Origin: an uncultured Oscillospiraceae bacterium
Lineage (GTDB): Bacteria; Bacillota; Clostridia; Christensenellales; Aristaeellaceae
Assembly: GCA_964584315.1 (NCBI GenBank)
Contig: CAZOZO010000001.1
Location: 84,225 to 148,224 of the forward strand
Reading direction: 5' to 3'
Length of the DNA stretch: 64,000 nucleotides
The notes beneath the pieces were generated by a model that saw only the letters and a list, made by a program, of their open reading frames with translations, had not been told where the DNA came from and ran no database searches. Both the position numbers and the translations under genes were made by a program. Each line of letters starts with the position of its first letter. The stretch's first letter is position 1. Positions 48,839 to 58,261 of the stretch are shown one piece after another.

Positions 48839-48902
48839 GAAACGGAGGGGGATATGGCCCCGCGTGTGATCGTTGCCCAAATGTTTTTACAGGAGGCACC
48901 CT

Positions 48903-51900
48903 GTGCGCAAAGTCATAGGCGGTTTTCTTGCCATCATACTGCTGCTGGCGGGCATGCTTTGGGTCACCAAGGCATATTTCTTCTCCATCGGCTATTCGCA
49001 GCCGCTGGTCGTCAGCAGCCAGGGCGTGTCCTACACCGCCAAGGTGGAGGGCAAGGATTTTTATGTGCTGGACGCGGGCGGGCAGTGGAAAAAAACATTC
49101 CTCGCCGGTGTGGATATCGGCCTTGGCGCACCTGGATCGTTCCCGGGCGAGTTTGCCATCGGGTATGAGACCTATTTCGACTGGTTCACGCAGATCGGCG
49201 ATCTGGGCTCGAACGTCATCCGCGTGTACACGCCGCAGTCGCCTGCTTTCTACCACGCACTGTACGAGTATAACCGCGTTGCGGCCACTCCGCTGTATTT
49301 GATGCAGGGCGTGTATATGGATGAGAGCGACGTGGCGCAGTACGGCGACGTGTTCGACCCCCGCTCCATCACCATTGCGGATATGCGGCAGGATATCGTG
49401 GACTGCGTGAACATGCTGCACGGCAACGCAGTGATCGGCGCCAAGCCGGGAAAGGCTTCGGGCGTATATCAGTATGACGTCTCCAAGTATGTGATCGGCT
49501 GGATACTGGGCATCGAGTGCGAGGCGTATCTGGTGGATGGCACCAACAAGGCGCACCCCGAGATGACCAGCTTTCAGGGGCGCTTCGTCTATACCGAGAA
49601 TGCCTCGCCCTTTGAGGTCTTCATCGCGCAGATGAAGGAGCTGGCCATTGCCTACGAGACCGATCAATACCGGATGCAGCGGCCCGTGGCGTTCAGCAAC
49701 TGGGTTACTACCGACCCCCTGAAGCACGTAAACGAGCCCTACGAGACGGAGGACAGCGCCACCATTGATGTGGAGCATATCAAGTCGATGCCTGCCTTTG
49801 CGCCGGGCTTCTTTGCCTCCTACCACGTGTACCCCTACTATCCCGATTTTCTCAACTTCCCCAGCGGCGACCCGGCGGTGGACGCGGATCCGTATTACGC
49901 CTATGTGCGCTCGCTGGTGGATTTCCATGCTGTGCCCGTGCTCATCTCCGAGTTTGGCCTGCCCACCTCCCGTGGGGTAACGCACATCAACCATCTGAGC
50001 GGCCTCAACCAGGGCGGCAACAGCGAGCAGCAGCAGGCGCAGGGGCTTACGAAGATGCTGGACGACATCCACCGTGCCGGTTGCATCGGCGGCATCGTGT
50101 TTGCCTGGCATGACGAGTGGTTCAAAACCTCGTGGAACACCATGGACTTTGATGACAGCTCCGCTCGCCCCAAATGGCTCAATGTACAGTCCAGCGAGGA
50201 GAACTTTGGCCTTGTGCGCTTCTCCGCCTTCCCGTCCATCCAGATCGACGGCGACGATGCGGACTGGGCTGGTGCCAAGGCTGTGGGCGATAGCGACGCC
50301 TTGAAAGCGAACTGGGATGAGGCCTACCTCTACCTGCGGCTTGCCACGGACGATTTTGAAAACCAGACCTACTATGTGCCCATCGACACCATCGCAGACG
50401 AGGGCAACGAAGGCTATGAGGGCGCATCTTTTGCCCGCGCGGCCGATTTTGTGCTGGTGCTGGATGGCAGGCAGGACACGCGCCTGCTGGTCGACCCGTA
50501 CTATAACCCAAACTATAGACTCTACGGACGGGATACCTTCCCCAAAGAGGCGCTTGCGGACTTCACGGTCAAGGGCAGCGGTAAGTTCATCATGGTGCAG
50601 CAGGTCATCAGCAACCGGCTCCTCATGCCCAAGACCGGCCAAATCGTGCCCGTTCAGCTGTGGGATACCGGCAAAATGCGCTACGGCGTCTCCAACCCTG
50701 AGAGCCCCGCCTTTGATTCCATGGCCGATTTTTGCGCGGGGGATGGGTTCGTGGAGATACGCATCCCGTGGCTGTTGCTGAATTTCGCGGATCCGTCCTC
50801 CGGCAAGATTCTGACCGACCTGCACAAGGAGGGGCCGTTCAGCTTTGAGCGCATCCAGAGCATTTACCTGGGCGTGGGCGAGGCTGACGAATCAGCGGCC
50901 GTCTCCATGGCGCCCTACACGCTGCCCGCATGGGGTGCATTCCCCTACCAGCAGCGGCTGAAGCTGGCTTACTACGCGCTGGAGAAGGTTTTCCCGAAAT
51001 ACGCCACCTACCCGATCAGCGCGGGCGACCCGCTGGCGGAGGCGCTGCGCCTGCGCGACACGCGCCTTTTGTACGTGCGCATCGACCGTCAGATCCGCAA
51101 CACAGATCTGATCACGTTCTTCCTGGCCGTGTCGCTGCTGATGGCGCTGTACCTCTATATCCTGCTGCTGGCTATCAACCTGAACCTGAACCGCATCTTC
51201 AGGCGTCAGGAACGCGAGCGTGTCTACCTGCTGTCGTTGCTTGCATTGCCGGAAAAGAAGCTGCGCCGCAAGCTGCACATGCATTACCTGTGCACGGCCA
51301 GAGGTGCGGAGCTGCTGTGCCGCATCCTGACGGACGAATGCCCGTGGGGAAGCGATACGGCGCTTATCGAGGTGCTGCGCACAGGGCGTTACTTCGCCTG
51401 GATGAAACGTAGCCTTGCCTCGCGGGACATGATGCTGCGTATCCTGATCATCCGCCTGACGGGCCTTTTGCGCATCCGCAGTTTTGAAACGCAGATCATC
51501 CCTCTGATGCGGGCGCAGCGCGATAACCTGAACCTGCAATACGCGGGTTTTCTGGCGCTGTCGATGATGGGCAACCGCGACAGCATCGTCAAGCTCTGCG
51601 GCGACCCGGCCTTTACCAAGTCGCTCTCCTACCGCAGCCTGAAGGAGATCTTCAGCGTGTACACGGGAGACAAGCGATTTTTGTACGAGAAGCTGCTGCT
51701 CTCGCCGGATGTGTACATCCGCCGCATCGTGATCAAAAACATCGGCGAGGAAGGCTTCCGCGAATATGCCCAGGCGCTGATCCCCATGCTGGAGAGCCGG
51801 GACGACAACATGCTGTGCGACGTGATCCGCGCGCTGGGGCAGCTGCGCTGCACCGCCGCCGGAGAGCGGATCGCGATGTACATGCGCAGCGAGAACTGGA

Positions 51901-52151
51901 CGCTGCGCAACGCGGTGGTGGTGGCCCTGGCCGCCATCGATGCGGAGGCCTACCGCCCCCTGCTGATGGAGGGTCTCAAAGACAAAGAGTGGTGGGTGCG
52001 CTACAACAGCGCGCGGGAGCTGTGTGCCAACGTACCGCTGGAATCGCTGGCAGCAGCCATCCCCACGCTGAACGACCGGTTCGCGGCCGAGATACTGCGC
52101 TTCGCCATCGATGAGGCGCGCATGATGGGCAAGGGGGTGGCTAGGGTATGA
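48903..52151 (+). CDS. two-pass membrane protein: extracellular clan GH-A-like (TIM-barrel) glycoside-hydrolase fold + beta-sandwich region, second TM, cytoplasmic HEAT/PBS-lyase-type repeat domain
   Basis: Start GTG 48903 (RBS AGGAGG, 6-nt spacer); the track's TTG 48873 lacks an RBS. N-terminal TM (VIGGFLAIILLLAGMLWV); candidate acid/base NEP (HVNEPYE) and nucleophile ExG (LISEFGLP) ~80 aa apart; second TM (LITFFLAVSLLMALYLYILLLAI); C-terminal ~300 aa of HEAT-like repeats (VIRALGQL...AVVVALAAID...WWVRYNSAREL). 4-nt overlap with the GT2 gene. Confidence 0.7.
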   Translation: MRKVIGGFLAIILLLAGMLWVTKAYFFSIGYSQPLVVSSQGVSYTAKVEGKDFYVLDAGGQWKKTFLAGVDIGLGAPGSFPGEFAIGYETYFDWFTQIGDLGSNVIRVYTPQSPAFYHALYEYNRVAATPLYLMQGVYMDESDVAQYGDVFDPRSITIADMRQDIVDCVNMLHGNAVIGAKPGKASGVYQYDVSKYVIGWILGIECEAYLVDGTNKAHPEMTSFQGRFVYTENASPFEVFIAQMKELAIAYETDQYRMQRPVAFSNWVTTDPLKHVNEPYETEDSATIDVEHIKSMPAFAPGFFASYHVYPYYPDFLNFPSGDPAVDADPYYAYVRSLVDFHAVPVLISEFGLPTSRGVTHINHLSGLNQGGNSEQQQAQGLTKMLDDIHRAGCIGGIVFAWHDEWFKTSWNTMDFDDSSARPKWLNVQSSEENFGLVRFSAFPSIQIDGDDADWAGAKAVGDSDALKANWDEAYLYLRLATDDFENQTYYVPIDTIADEGNEGYEGASFARAADFVLVLDGRQDTRLLVDPYYNPNYRLYGRDTFPKEALADFTVKGSGKFIMVQQVISNRLLMPKTGQIVPVQLWDTGKMRYGVSNPESPAFDSMADFCAGDGFVEIRIPWLLLNFADPSSGKILTDLHKEGPFSFERIQSIYLGVGEADESAAVSMAPYTLPAWGAFPYQQRLKLAYYALEKVFPKYATYPISAGDPLAEALRLRDTRLLYVRIDRQIRNTDLITFFLAVSLLMALYLYILLLAINLNLNRIFRRQERERVYLLSLLALPEKKLRRKLHMHYLCTARGAELLCRILTDECPWGSDTALIEVLRTGRYFAWMKRSLASRDMMLRILIIRLTGLLRIRSFETQIIPLMRAQRDNLNLQYAGFLALSMMGNRDSIVKLCGDPAFTKSLSYRSLKEIFSVYTGDKRFLYEKLLLSPDVYIRRIVIKNIGEEGFREYAQALIPMLESRDDNMLCDVIRALGQLRCTAAGERIAMYMRSENWTLRNAVVVALAAIDAEAYRPLLMEGLKDKEWWVRYNSARELCANVPLESLAAAIPTLNDRFAAEILRFAIDEARMMGKGVARV

Positions 52152-53560
52152 GGAACGTGATCTACGCGGTGTTGATGGTCATCAACAGCCTTTCGCTGGC
52201 GTACATGATCGGCATCACGATCACGTACTTCCTGCAGCTGCTCTACTCCGGCAAGGCCCTCAACGAATATGTCAAGTACCTGCGCTTTTCGGATTACCGC
52301 CGCTACATCGATTCGGCCAACATGATCCCCGTTTCGCTGATCGTGCCCGCCTACAACGAGGAAGCGACGGTGACCGAAACGGTCAAAAACCTGCTCAAGC
52401 TCAACTACCCGGAGTATGAGATCATCGTGGTGAACGACGGCTCCAAGGACGGCACGCTGCCGCTGTTGATCGAGAAATTCAGCATGGTGCCCATCGAGCA
52501 GCCGTTCAAAAAATCGGTGGAAGCCAAACCCATCCGCGCGGTGTACCGCACGCCGCTGCATGCCAACCTGATGGTCGTGGACAAGGAAAACGGCGGCAAG
52601 GCGGACGCGCTGAACGCGGGCATCAACTTTTCCCGCTACCCGGTGGTGGTGTCGATGGATGCGGACTCGGTACTGGAGAAAGAAGCGCTGGTGCGCATCG
52701 TGTCGCCCTTTTTGCAGGACAACACGGTGGTTGCGGTGGGGGGCGTGGTGCGCATCGCCAACGGCTGCGTGATCGAAGATGGCGAGATCAAGGAGATTCG
52801 CCTGCCGCGCACAGCGCTGGGCAAACTGCAAACGGTGGAGTACTTGCGCTCGTTTTTCACGGGGCGCATCGGGGCCGCGTCCATGGGCATGCTGCTGATC
52901 ATCTCCGGCGCATTCGGCGCCTTCCGCAAGGATGCGGTCATCTCGGTGGGCGGCTACACCACGCACTGCATCGGCGAGGATATGGAGCTGGTGGTCAAGC
53001 TGCACCGCGGCCTGCGCAATGCGGGCAAGCCGTACAAGATCGACTTTCTGCCGGACCCCATCTGCTGGACGCAGCCGCCCGAAAACCTGCGCGACCTGTA
53101 CAAGCAGCGCAAGCGCTGGCAGATCGGCCTAATCAACGTGCTGATGCGCCACAAAGACATGGCTTTCAACGCCAAGTACGGCAAAGCCGGGCTTTTGATG
53201 CTGCCCTATTATTGGATCTTCGAGTTTATCGGCCCCATCTTTGAAACGATGGGTTATTTCGTGATACCGCTGTCGTGGTGGCTGGGTATCATCAGCTGGA
53301 AATTCACATTGCTGTTCTTCCTGCTGGTGGTGATGGTAGGGCTGATCCTGTCGCTGGGCGCGATATTGCAAGAGAGTTATGCCATGCGCAAGTTCCCCAA
53401 AATGAGCCAGATACTGACGCTGGCCGCCTACGCGCTGGTAGACAACTTCGGCTTTCGGCAGTTCAACACCGTGATCCGTTTCATCGGCTGCATCAAATAC
53501 CGCAGCGGTAAGAGTACGTGGGGCTCCATGAAGCGTGAAAAGTTCGTATCCAAAAAATGA
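52148..53560 (+). CDS. processive family-2 glycosyltransferase (PgaC/IcaA/NodC/chitin-synthase-like beta-glycan synthase)
   Basis: 470 aa, N- and C-terminal TM bundles, GT-A core with VNDGSKDGT, DADSVL, and the processivity motif QRKRWQIG (QxxRW). No PilZ domain. Confidence 0.82.
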   Translation: MRNVIYAVLMVINSLSLAYMIGITITYFLQLLYSGKALNEYVKYLRFSDYRRYIDSANMIPVSLIVPAYNEEATVTETVKNLLKLNYPEYEIIVVNDGSKDGTLPLLIEKFSMVPIEQPFKKSVEAKPIRAVYRTPLHANLMVVDKENGGKADALNAGINFSRYPVVVSMDADSVLEKEALVRIVSPFLQDNTVVAVGGVVRIANGCVIEDGEIKEIRLPRTALGKLQTVEYLRSFFTGRIGAASMGMLLIISGAFGAFRKDAVISVGGYTTHCIGEDMELVVKLHRGLRNAGKPYKIDFLPDPICWTQPPENLRDLYKQRKRWQIGLINVLMRHKDMAFNAKYGKAGLLMLPYYWIFEFIGPIFETMGYFVIPLSWWLGIISWKFTLLFFLLVVMVGLILSLGAILQESYAMRKFPKMSQILTLAAYALVDNFGFRQFNTVIRFIGCIKYRSGKSTWGSMKREKFVSKK

Positions 53561-53713
53561 CCCCGCGACGCGCAGCGGGCAGTTGCGCATCCGTTGCGGA
53601 CAGAGGCGGACGAGAGCATGGCCGCTCGCCCCATCATTCATTGGCCATAGCGGGCCGCGCAGTGCAGGCGTTCGACCGCACGCCACCCGCGCATGAGAAT
53701 TTGGGAGGTGTAT

Positions 53714-54847
53714 GTGCGCTTGAAGCCATATCATCGGCGGTTTCGGGGCAAGGCAATGCTAATGGCGGCCATTTTGCTGACCGTCTCCGGTTGCGTGGCG
53801 CCGGTTATGGGCTTCACACTGCCAACGGCACGCGCGGAGGGCAGGTTGCTCACCGGCGTGTATGTGTTTGACGGCAGCAGGGCCAAGTACCGCGACGGCG
53901 ATGCGGACAGCATCGACCAGATGTTCTATTCCTTCGCCCTCATCCGCCGCGGGCGGGTGAGCGTAGCCCACTGGAAAAATTTCAAAAAGTTTCAGGCGTA
54001 CATCCAAAAGCATCCGCACATCACGCCCATCTTATCGGTGGGCGGGTGGGGTGCGGACGGGTTTTCGCAGGCGGCCGCCACGGCGGAGGGTCGTGAGGCG
54101 TTTGCCGCGGATGTGCTGCAGGTGATGCAGCAGCATGGTTTTTTGGGTGTGGATATCGACTGGGAATATCCGGGTTCCTCTGTCGCGGGCATCCACAGCA
54201 GCCCCGATGACCGGGAGAACTACACCCTGCTGCTCAAGACGCTGCGCGAAGGGCTGGACGCCTTGACCGCCGCTGACGGAGTGCCGCGCAGGCTGTGCGT
54301 GGCATTGAGCGGTTCGCCCGATATGGCGGCAAGCTTGGATTGCGTAGCGATCGGCACGGTTGTGGATCAGGTCAACCTGATGACTTATGACTTGCAGCAG
54401 CCAGACACTGCCTCGCACCACAGCGCGCTGTTTGCATCGCACCCGGACGCGCTCTCGGCGGCGGCCTGTGTGCAGGCCTACATACGAGCGGGTATCCCCG
54501 CGGGCAAGCTCATGCTGGGTGTGGCGTTCTACGGCCACCGCTGGGCAACGAAGGCCGAAGCGCCGCTCTACCGCCCGGCGACCCAAAAGGACACGCTGCC
54601 TTACGCCGCCATCGCCAAGCTGATCCGCAAAACGCCAGATGCGGTGCGCTATGACGAAGTGGCGCAGGCACCGTACTTTTTTGACGGAAAAACCTTCATC
54701 AGCTATGATGATCAGCGGTCGATCGCGCAAAAAGGGCTTTATGCCGGTGAGCAGCACCTGATGGGGCTGTTCGCGTGGGAATATGGCTCGCTGGCGGACG
54801 GGGAACTCGTGGCGGCGATGGGGGATGCGGGGGAGCAGGAGCCGTAG
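53714..54847 (+). CDS. GH18-family glycoside hydrolase lipoprotein (chitinase / endo-beta-N-acetylglucosaminidase-like)
   Basis: Start GTG 53714 (RBS GGGAGG): lipobox LLTVSGC. GH18 catalytic DxxDxDxE motif (GVDIDWEYP), SVGGW, MTYDL. The track's ATG 53693 is 7 codons upstream and overlaps the RBS. Confidence 0.82.
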   Translation: MRLKPYHRRFRGKAMLMAAILLTVSGCVAPVMGFTLPTARAEGRLLTGVYVFDGSRAKYRDGDADSIDQMFYSFALIRRGRVSVAHWKNFKKFQAYIQKHPHITPILSVGGWGADGFSQAAATAEGREAFAADVLQVMQQHGFLGVDIDWEYPGSSVAGIHSSPDDRENYTLLLKTLREGLDALTAADGVPRRLCVALSGSPDMAASLDCVAIGTVVDQVNLMTYDLQQPDTASHHSALFASHPDALSAAACVQAYIRAGIPAGKLMLGVAFYGHRWATKAEAPLYRPATQKDTLPYAAIAKLIRKTPDAVRYDEVAQAPYFFDGKTFISYDDQRSIAQKGLYAGEQHLMGLFAWEYGSLADGELVAAMGDAGEQEP

Positions 54848-55048
54848 AGCATATTTGACCCATGATGATCGATAAAACGCAAGTTGCGCCGCAACGGTAT
54901 GTGCGGCGCAACTTGCGTTTTGACGTTTACGGAATTACGTGCGGTTTGGCCCGGCCGTTTGCCTTATCCCCGGCAACTTCAGGCGGCGATATGCGTAGGG
55001 CAAAGCGTCAACAAGGAAAAGTCACAGGAAACGGCGTAGGGTGACCGT

Positions 55049-57070
55049 TCACGCATTCTTCGGGGGTTCATCCGGGGTCGTGGGCGGCTGGGCTGCTTCC
55101 TGCCCCTGCATGGCCTGCATGATGGATTCTTTGATGCCCTTGACGCGGGCATCCTCTGCCTTGGGCTCCTGATCGAAGGTCACGCCCAGCTTTTCGCTCA
55201 CAAGCAGGTTCAGCAGCATTTCAAATGCATTGACGGAGCTGTTCTTGCCGTCCCCGCCGCCCATACTGAGCACCGTTTTGGGCACGACGTCGACTTTCGA
55301 AGCTGCGATGGCGGAGGTGAACTTGGTCATCACGTCCTGCACGACCTGATACTGCGGGCCGCCGTATGCCTTGACCTGTTCCTCAATGGCAATGGCGCGG
55401 CCGATGCCCACGCGGGCTTCCTTCTCGGCCTCGGCCTCGGCAATGGTTTTGATTTTGGCCGCTTCCTGCAGCGAGCGCTGATATTCGGCCTTACCCACGT
55501 TGCTCTGTACCTGAATGTTGATATCGGATTCCGTCAGCACTGTCTGCTGCAACGCTTTGGACTCGGCTTCACGCAGCTCTTTTTCCTTGCCGGCTGCTTT
55601 TTCCTGCTGGGAATAAGTCTCGATGCGCTCGATGGCGATCTGCCGCTCGCGCAGCTGGGTCAGGATGATCTCGATCTTGTTGTCGTTCTCGGAGGCCGCG
55701 GGCGTGCCGATGAGCACTTCCTCCAGCTCCAGATTGTAGTGTTCGAACTTTGCCTTCATCTCGCTGGAGGAGACACGCTGGATCTCATTTCGATCCTGAA
55801 TGAGCTGGATCAGCGTCTTGGTCTGGCCGATGTTCTTGAAGTACGCGGACACCATGGGGTCAAGGGTTTGGTCTACCAGCATCTTGACATCGCCAAAGCG
55901 CTGGATGACCAGCGGGGCCTTTTTGTAGTCGATGTGCATGACCACCGAGAGCGGCAGGGATGGCTCAAAGGCATCCTTGGTGATCAGGCTGACTTCCGTC
56001 AGGTTTTCGTCAAATTTGTGGTAGCCGGTCTGGTTGCTGATCCACTTGAGGATGATGTTTGTGGTGGGCACGCGGATGATCTTGCCCGCATAGGTGTTGA
56101 AGGCGTACTTGCCGGGCATGAGCGGCTCTCCCCACACGCCGCGGAACCCCTTTTCCACCAGCTCGCCGTGCTTATAATCCGCGCCGGTGGAATCGATCCC
56201 CTTAGGGCCGATGTAGGACACGACCACGCCCACATACCCGACCTCGATCAGCGTTTTTTCGATCAGTTCCACGGTCGCGAAAAAGCGGTTGATGAAGTAG
56301 GTGCCCTCGACCAGCACCTGATACTGCCTGCCGCGGAAACCGCCTGCCAGCAGAAATTTCTCGGGATCCTGAAAGTTGTTATGGTAGATGCGTGCATCGG
56401 CTGGGTCGTCGCCCACGGCGGGGGCGATGATATCGTCGCGGGTGAGAGAAAGGCCGTCGTGAACCGTCACGATGCCCACCTTGTCATCCGTGCCCTTGAT
56501 CACCACCGGGGTAAAGCCGTTCCGCTCTTTCAGGAGAGCCGCCATGCTGGTGATGGTGGATTCTTCGGCGCTGGTGCCCATCGGCAGGTAATAGATCCTC
56601 TCTTGGGTGATGATGATGAACTGCGCAAGGTTGAACGCATACGTGCCCTCACGGATGATGCCGCGCTGCGGACCGCGCTGCCCATCGTTGAGCAGAAAGC
56701 CGCGCGCATCCTGAAAGTTATTGCTCTCCGGAATCACCTTGCCCAGCGTCTGGATCGGCTCCAGTGGCTTGCCATCCCGGGCGAACACATAGGCGATCTG
56801 CCCCTGCGGCACCGTGACCAGCGGGCAGATGTGCACCTTGTACATCAAAGGCGTCAGAAAATGGACGCCGCCGCGGATGACCTGCGGCTGATATCCGGCT
56901 TCCTTTTTCAGCGCGATAATCTGCATGTTCAGGGAGCCCTTCAGGGACCACCATTTTTCAATGATCGCAATCTTGTTGTTGGGGATCACGCGCAACCCCA
57001 GCAGCCACAACAGCAGGGCACAGTCCACCACGATCGCAAGCGGCATCAGGATCGATTGCAGGAAGACCAT
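55049..57070 (-). CDS. flotillin (FloT/YuaG/YqiK-like SPFH-domain protein)
   Basis: 673 aa from ATG 57070 (RBS GAGGTG): N-terminal TM, SPFH/band-7 domain (QVIRGGVHFLTPL...), long coiled coil with EA-repeats (IAEAEAEKEARVG...), C-terminal FloT-like tail. The track's 205-codon 5' extension has no coding signature. Confidence 0.75.
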   Translation of the reverse strand: MVFLQSILMPLAIVVDCALLLWLLGLRVIPNNKIAIIEKWWSLKGSLNMQIIALKKEAGYQPQVIRGGVHFLTPLMYKVHICPLVTVPQGQIAYVFARDGKPLEPIQTLGKVIPESNNFQDARGFLLNDGQRGPQRGIIREGTYAFNLAQFIIITQERIYYLPMGTSAEESTITSMAALLKERNGFTPVVIKGTDDKVGIVTVHDGLSLTRDDIIAPAVGDDPADARIYHNNFQDPEKFLLAGGFRGRQYQVLVEGTYFINRFFATVELIEKTLIEVGYVGVVVSYIGPKGIDSTGADYKHGELVEKGFRGVWGEPLMPGKYAFNTYAGKIIRVPTTNIILKWISNQTGYHKFDENLTEVSLITKDAFEPSLPLSVVMHIDYKKAPLVIQRFGDVKMLVDQTLDPMVSAYFKNIGQTKTLIQLIQDRNEIQRVSSSEMKAKFEHYNLELEEVLIGTPAASENDNKIEIILTQLRERQIAIERIETYSQQEKAAGKEKELREAESKALQQTVLTESDINIQVQSNVGKAEYQRSLQEAAKIKTIAEAEAEKEARVGIGRAIAIEEQVKAYGGPQYQVVQDVMTKFTSAIAASKVDVVPKTVLSMGGGDGKNSSVNAFEMLLNLLVSEKLGVTFDQEPKAEDARVKGIKESIMQAMQGQEAAQPPTTPDEPPKNA

Positions 57071-57456
57071 CGAATCCACCTCATTTCGGATTTGCAGGAA
57101 CGGTTGGTTATGAATATCCGATCTGTATCGCGCATTTTCGTTTTTGTTTGCGATGCGGACTGTTCTTGTATCATACCACTTTGAGGGGCCAAAGTATACG
57201 GAGCGCGTCAAACGGCGCAGGTTTATTTTTCCTGTCGGATGTATGGAACACTGCCGTCCGTCAAAAACGGTAAAGCGATCACTCGGAACGAAACGAGCAG
57301 GACATTCAATTCCGTAGCACCTCGACGCAAACAGACCCTGACATGGAAGATGGCATTGCACGGACGCTACCCGGGCTTTGAAGCACAGAACGCAATGCAG
57401 CGCCAAGGAAGCCAACGCTACGGAAGCGTCATTAAGGAACCCTCGACCGGCAGCCC

Positions 57457-58257
57457 CTAGCTGCTCGCGCTCTGGTAGTGCTTCAGACCCAACTTGAAAA
57501 GCCTGCTCGTGAACCACAGCCACAAAAACGGCCCCACGATGCCCCACACCGCCTGCAGCGGATCCATCCGCTTGAGGATGAACAGCGCGGGGAAATTGGT
57601 GATCAGAAAGATAGGCAGCGCGAACGAGCCCACCAGCTGTATGGCGCGGCTGTAAATGCCCATGGGCATGTTGTTGAAATCCCACGAGCTGTCCACCAAC
57701 CCCGCGAGCGCGTGAGTACGGATCAGCCGAAAGGCCAGTATCTGCGGCAGCAGGAACATTGCATACGCCATCATCGTGCCCAGCGCCAGATAGCCGAGGT
57801 ACCCCAGCACATCCAGCACGCTCACCGTCATGGCCATGCCGGAAAGCCCCACCGCGATGGGGGCGATGCCCAGCAGCACATCCACGGTGAACAGGGCCAT
57901 ATCGCTGCGCTTGAGGGTCAGGATGAACTGGAGCGATACGGGCTTGACCAGTAGCAGGTCGAGCTCGCCTGTCTGCACCTGCCGCCCGATGTCGAACAGG
58001 TTCATCATATACAGACCCGCGTAGGGGCCGGTCGCCACCATGTACGTGCCGAAGAACACCAGCACCTCATTAGGCGTAAGACCGTTGATGGGCACGCCCG
58101 TCTGGAAGATCACAATCATGTAGAGGATCTTAGACAGGAAACACCCCAGTTCCATCGCGATACCGGTGTAAAAGTTGGTGCGGTACTCCATCTGGCTCAT
58201 CAGGCTGTTGCGGATGAGCATGCCCCACAAAACCAGATACTTTTTGACACTCGCCAT
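57457..58257 (-). CDS. ABC-2 family transporter permease
   Basis: 267 aa from ATG 58257 (MASVKKYLVLWGML...), 6 predicted TM helices. Confidence 0.7.
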   Translation of the reverse strand: MASVKKYLVLWGMLIRNSLMSQMEYRTNFYTGIAMELGCFLSKILYMIVIFQTGVPINGLTPNEVLVFFGTYMVATGPYAGLYMMNLFDIGRQVQTGELDLLLVKPVSLQFILTLKRSDMALFTVDVLLGIAPIAVGLSGMAMTVSVLDVLGYLGYLALGTMMAYAMFLLPQILAFRLIRTHALAGLVDSSWDFNNMPMGIYSRAIQLVGSFALPIFLITNFPALFILKRMDPLQAVWGIVGPFLWLWFTSRLFKLGLKHYQSASS

Positions 58258-58261
58258 TCGC

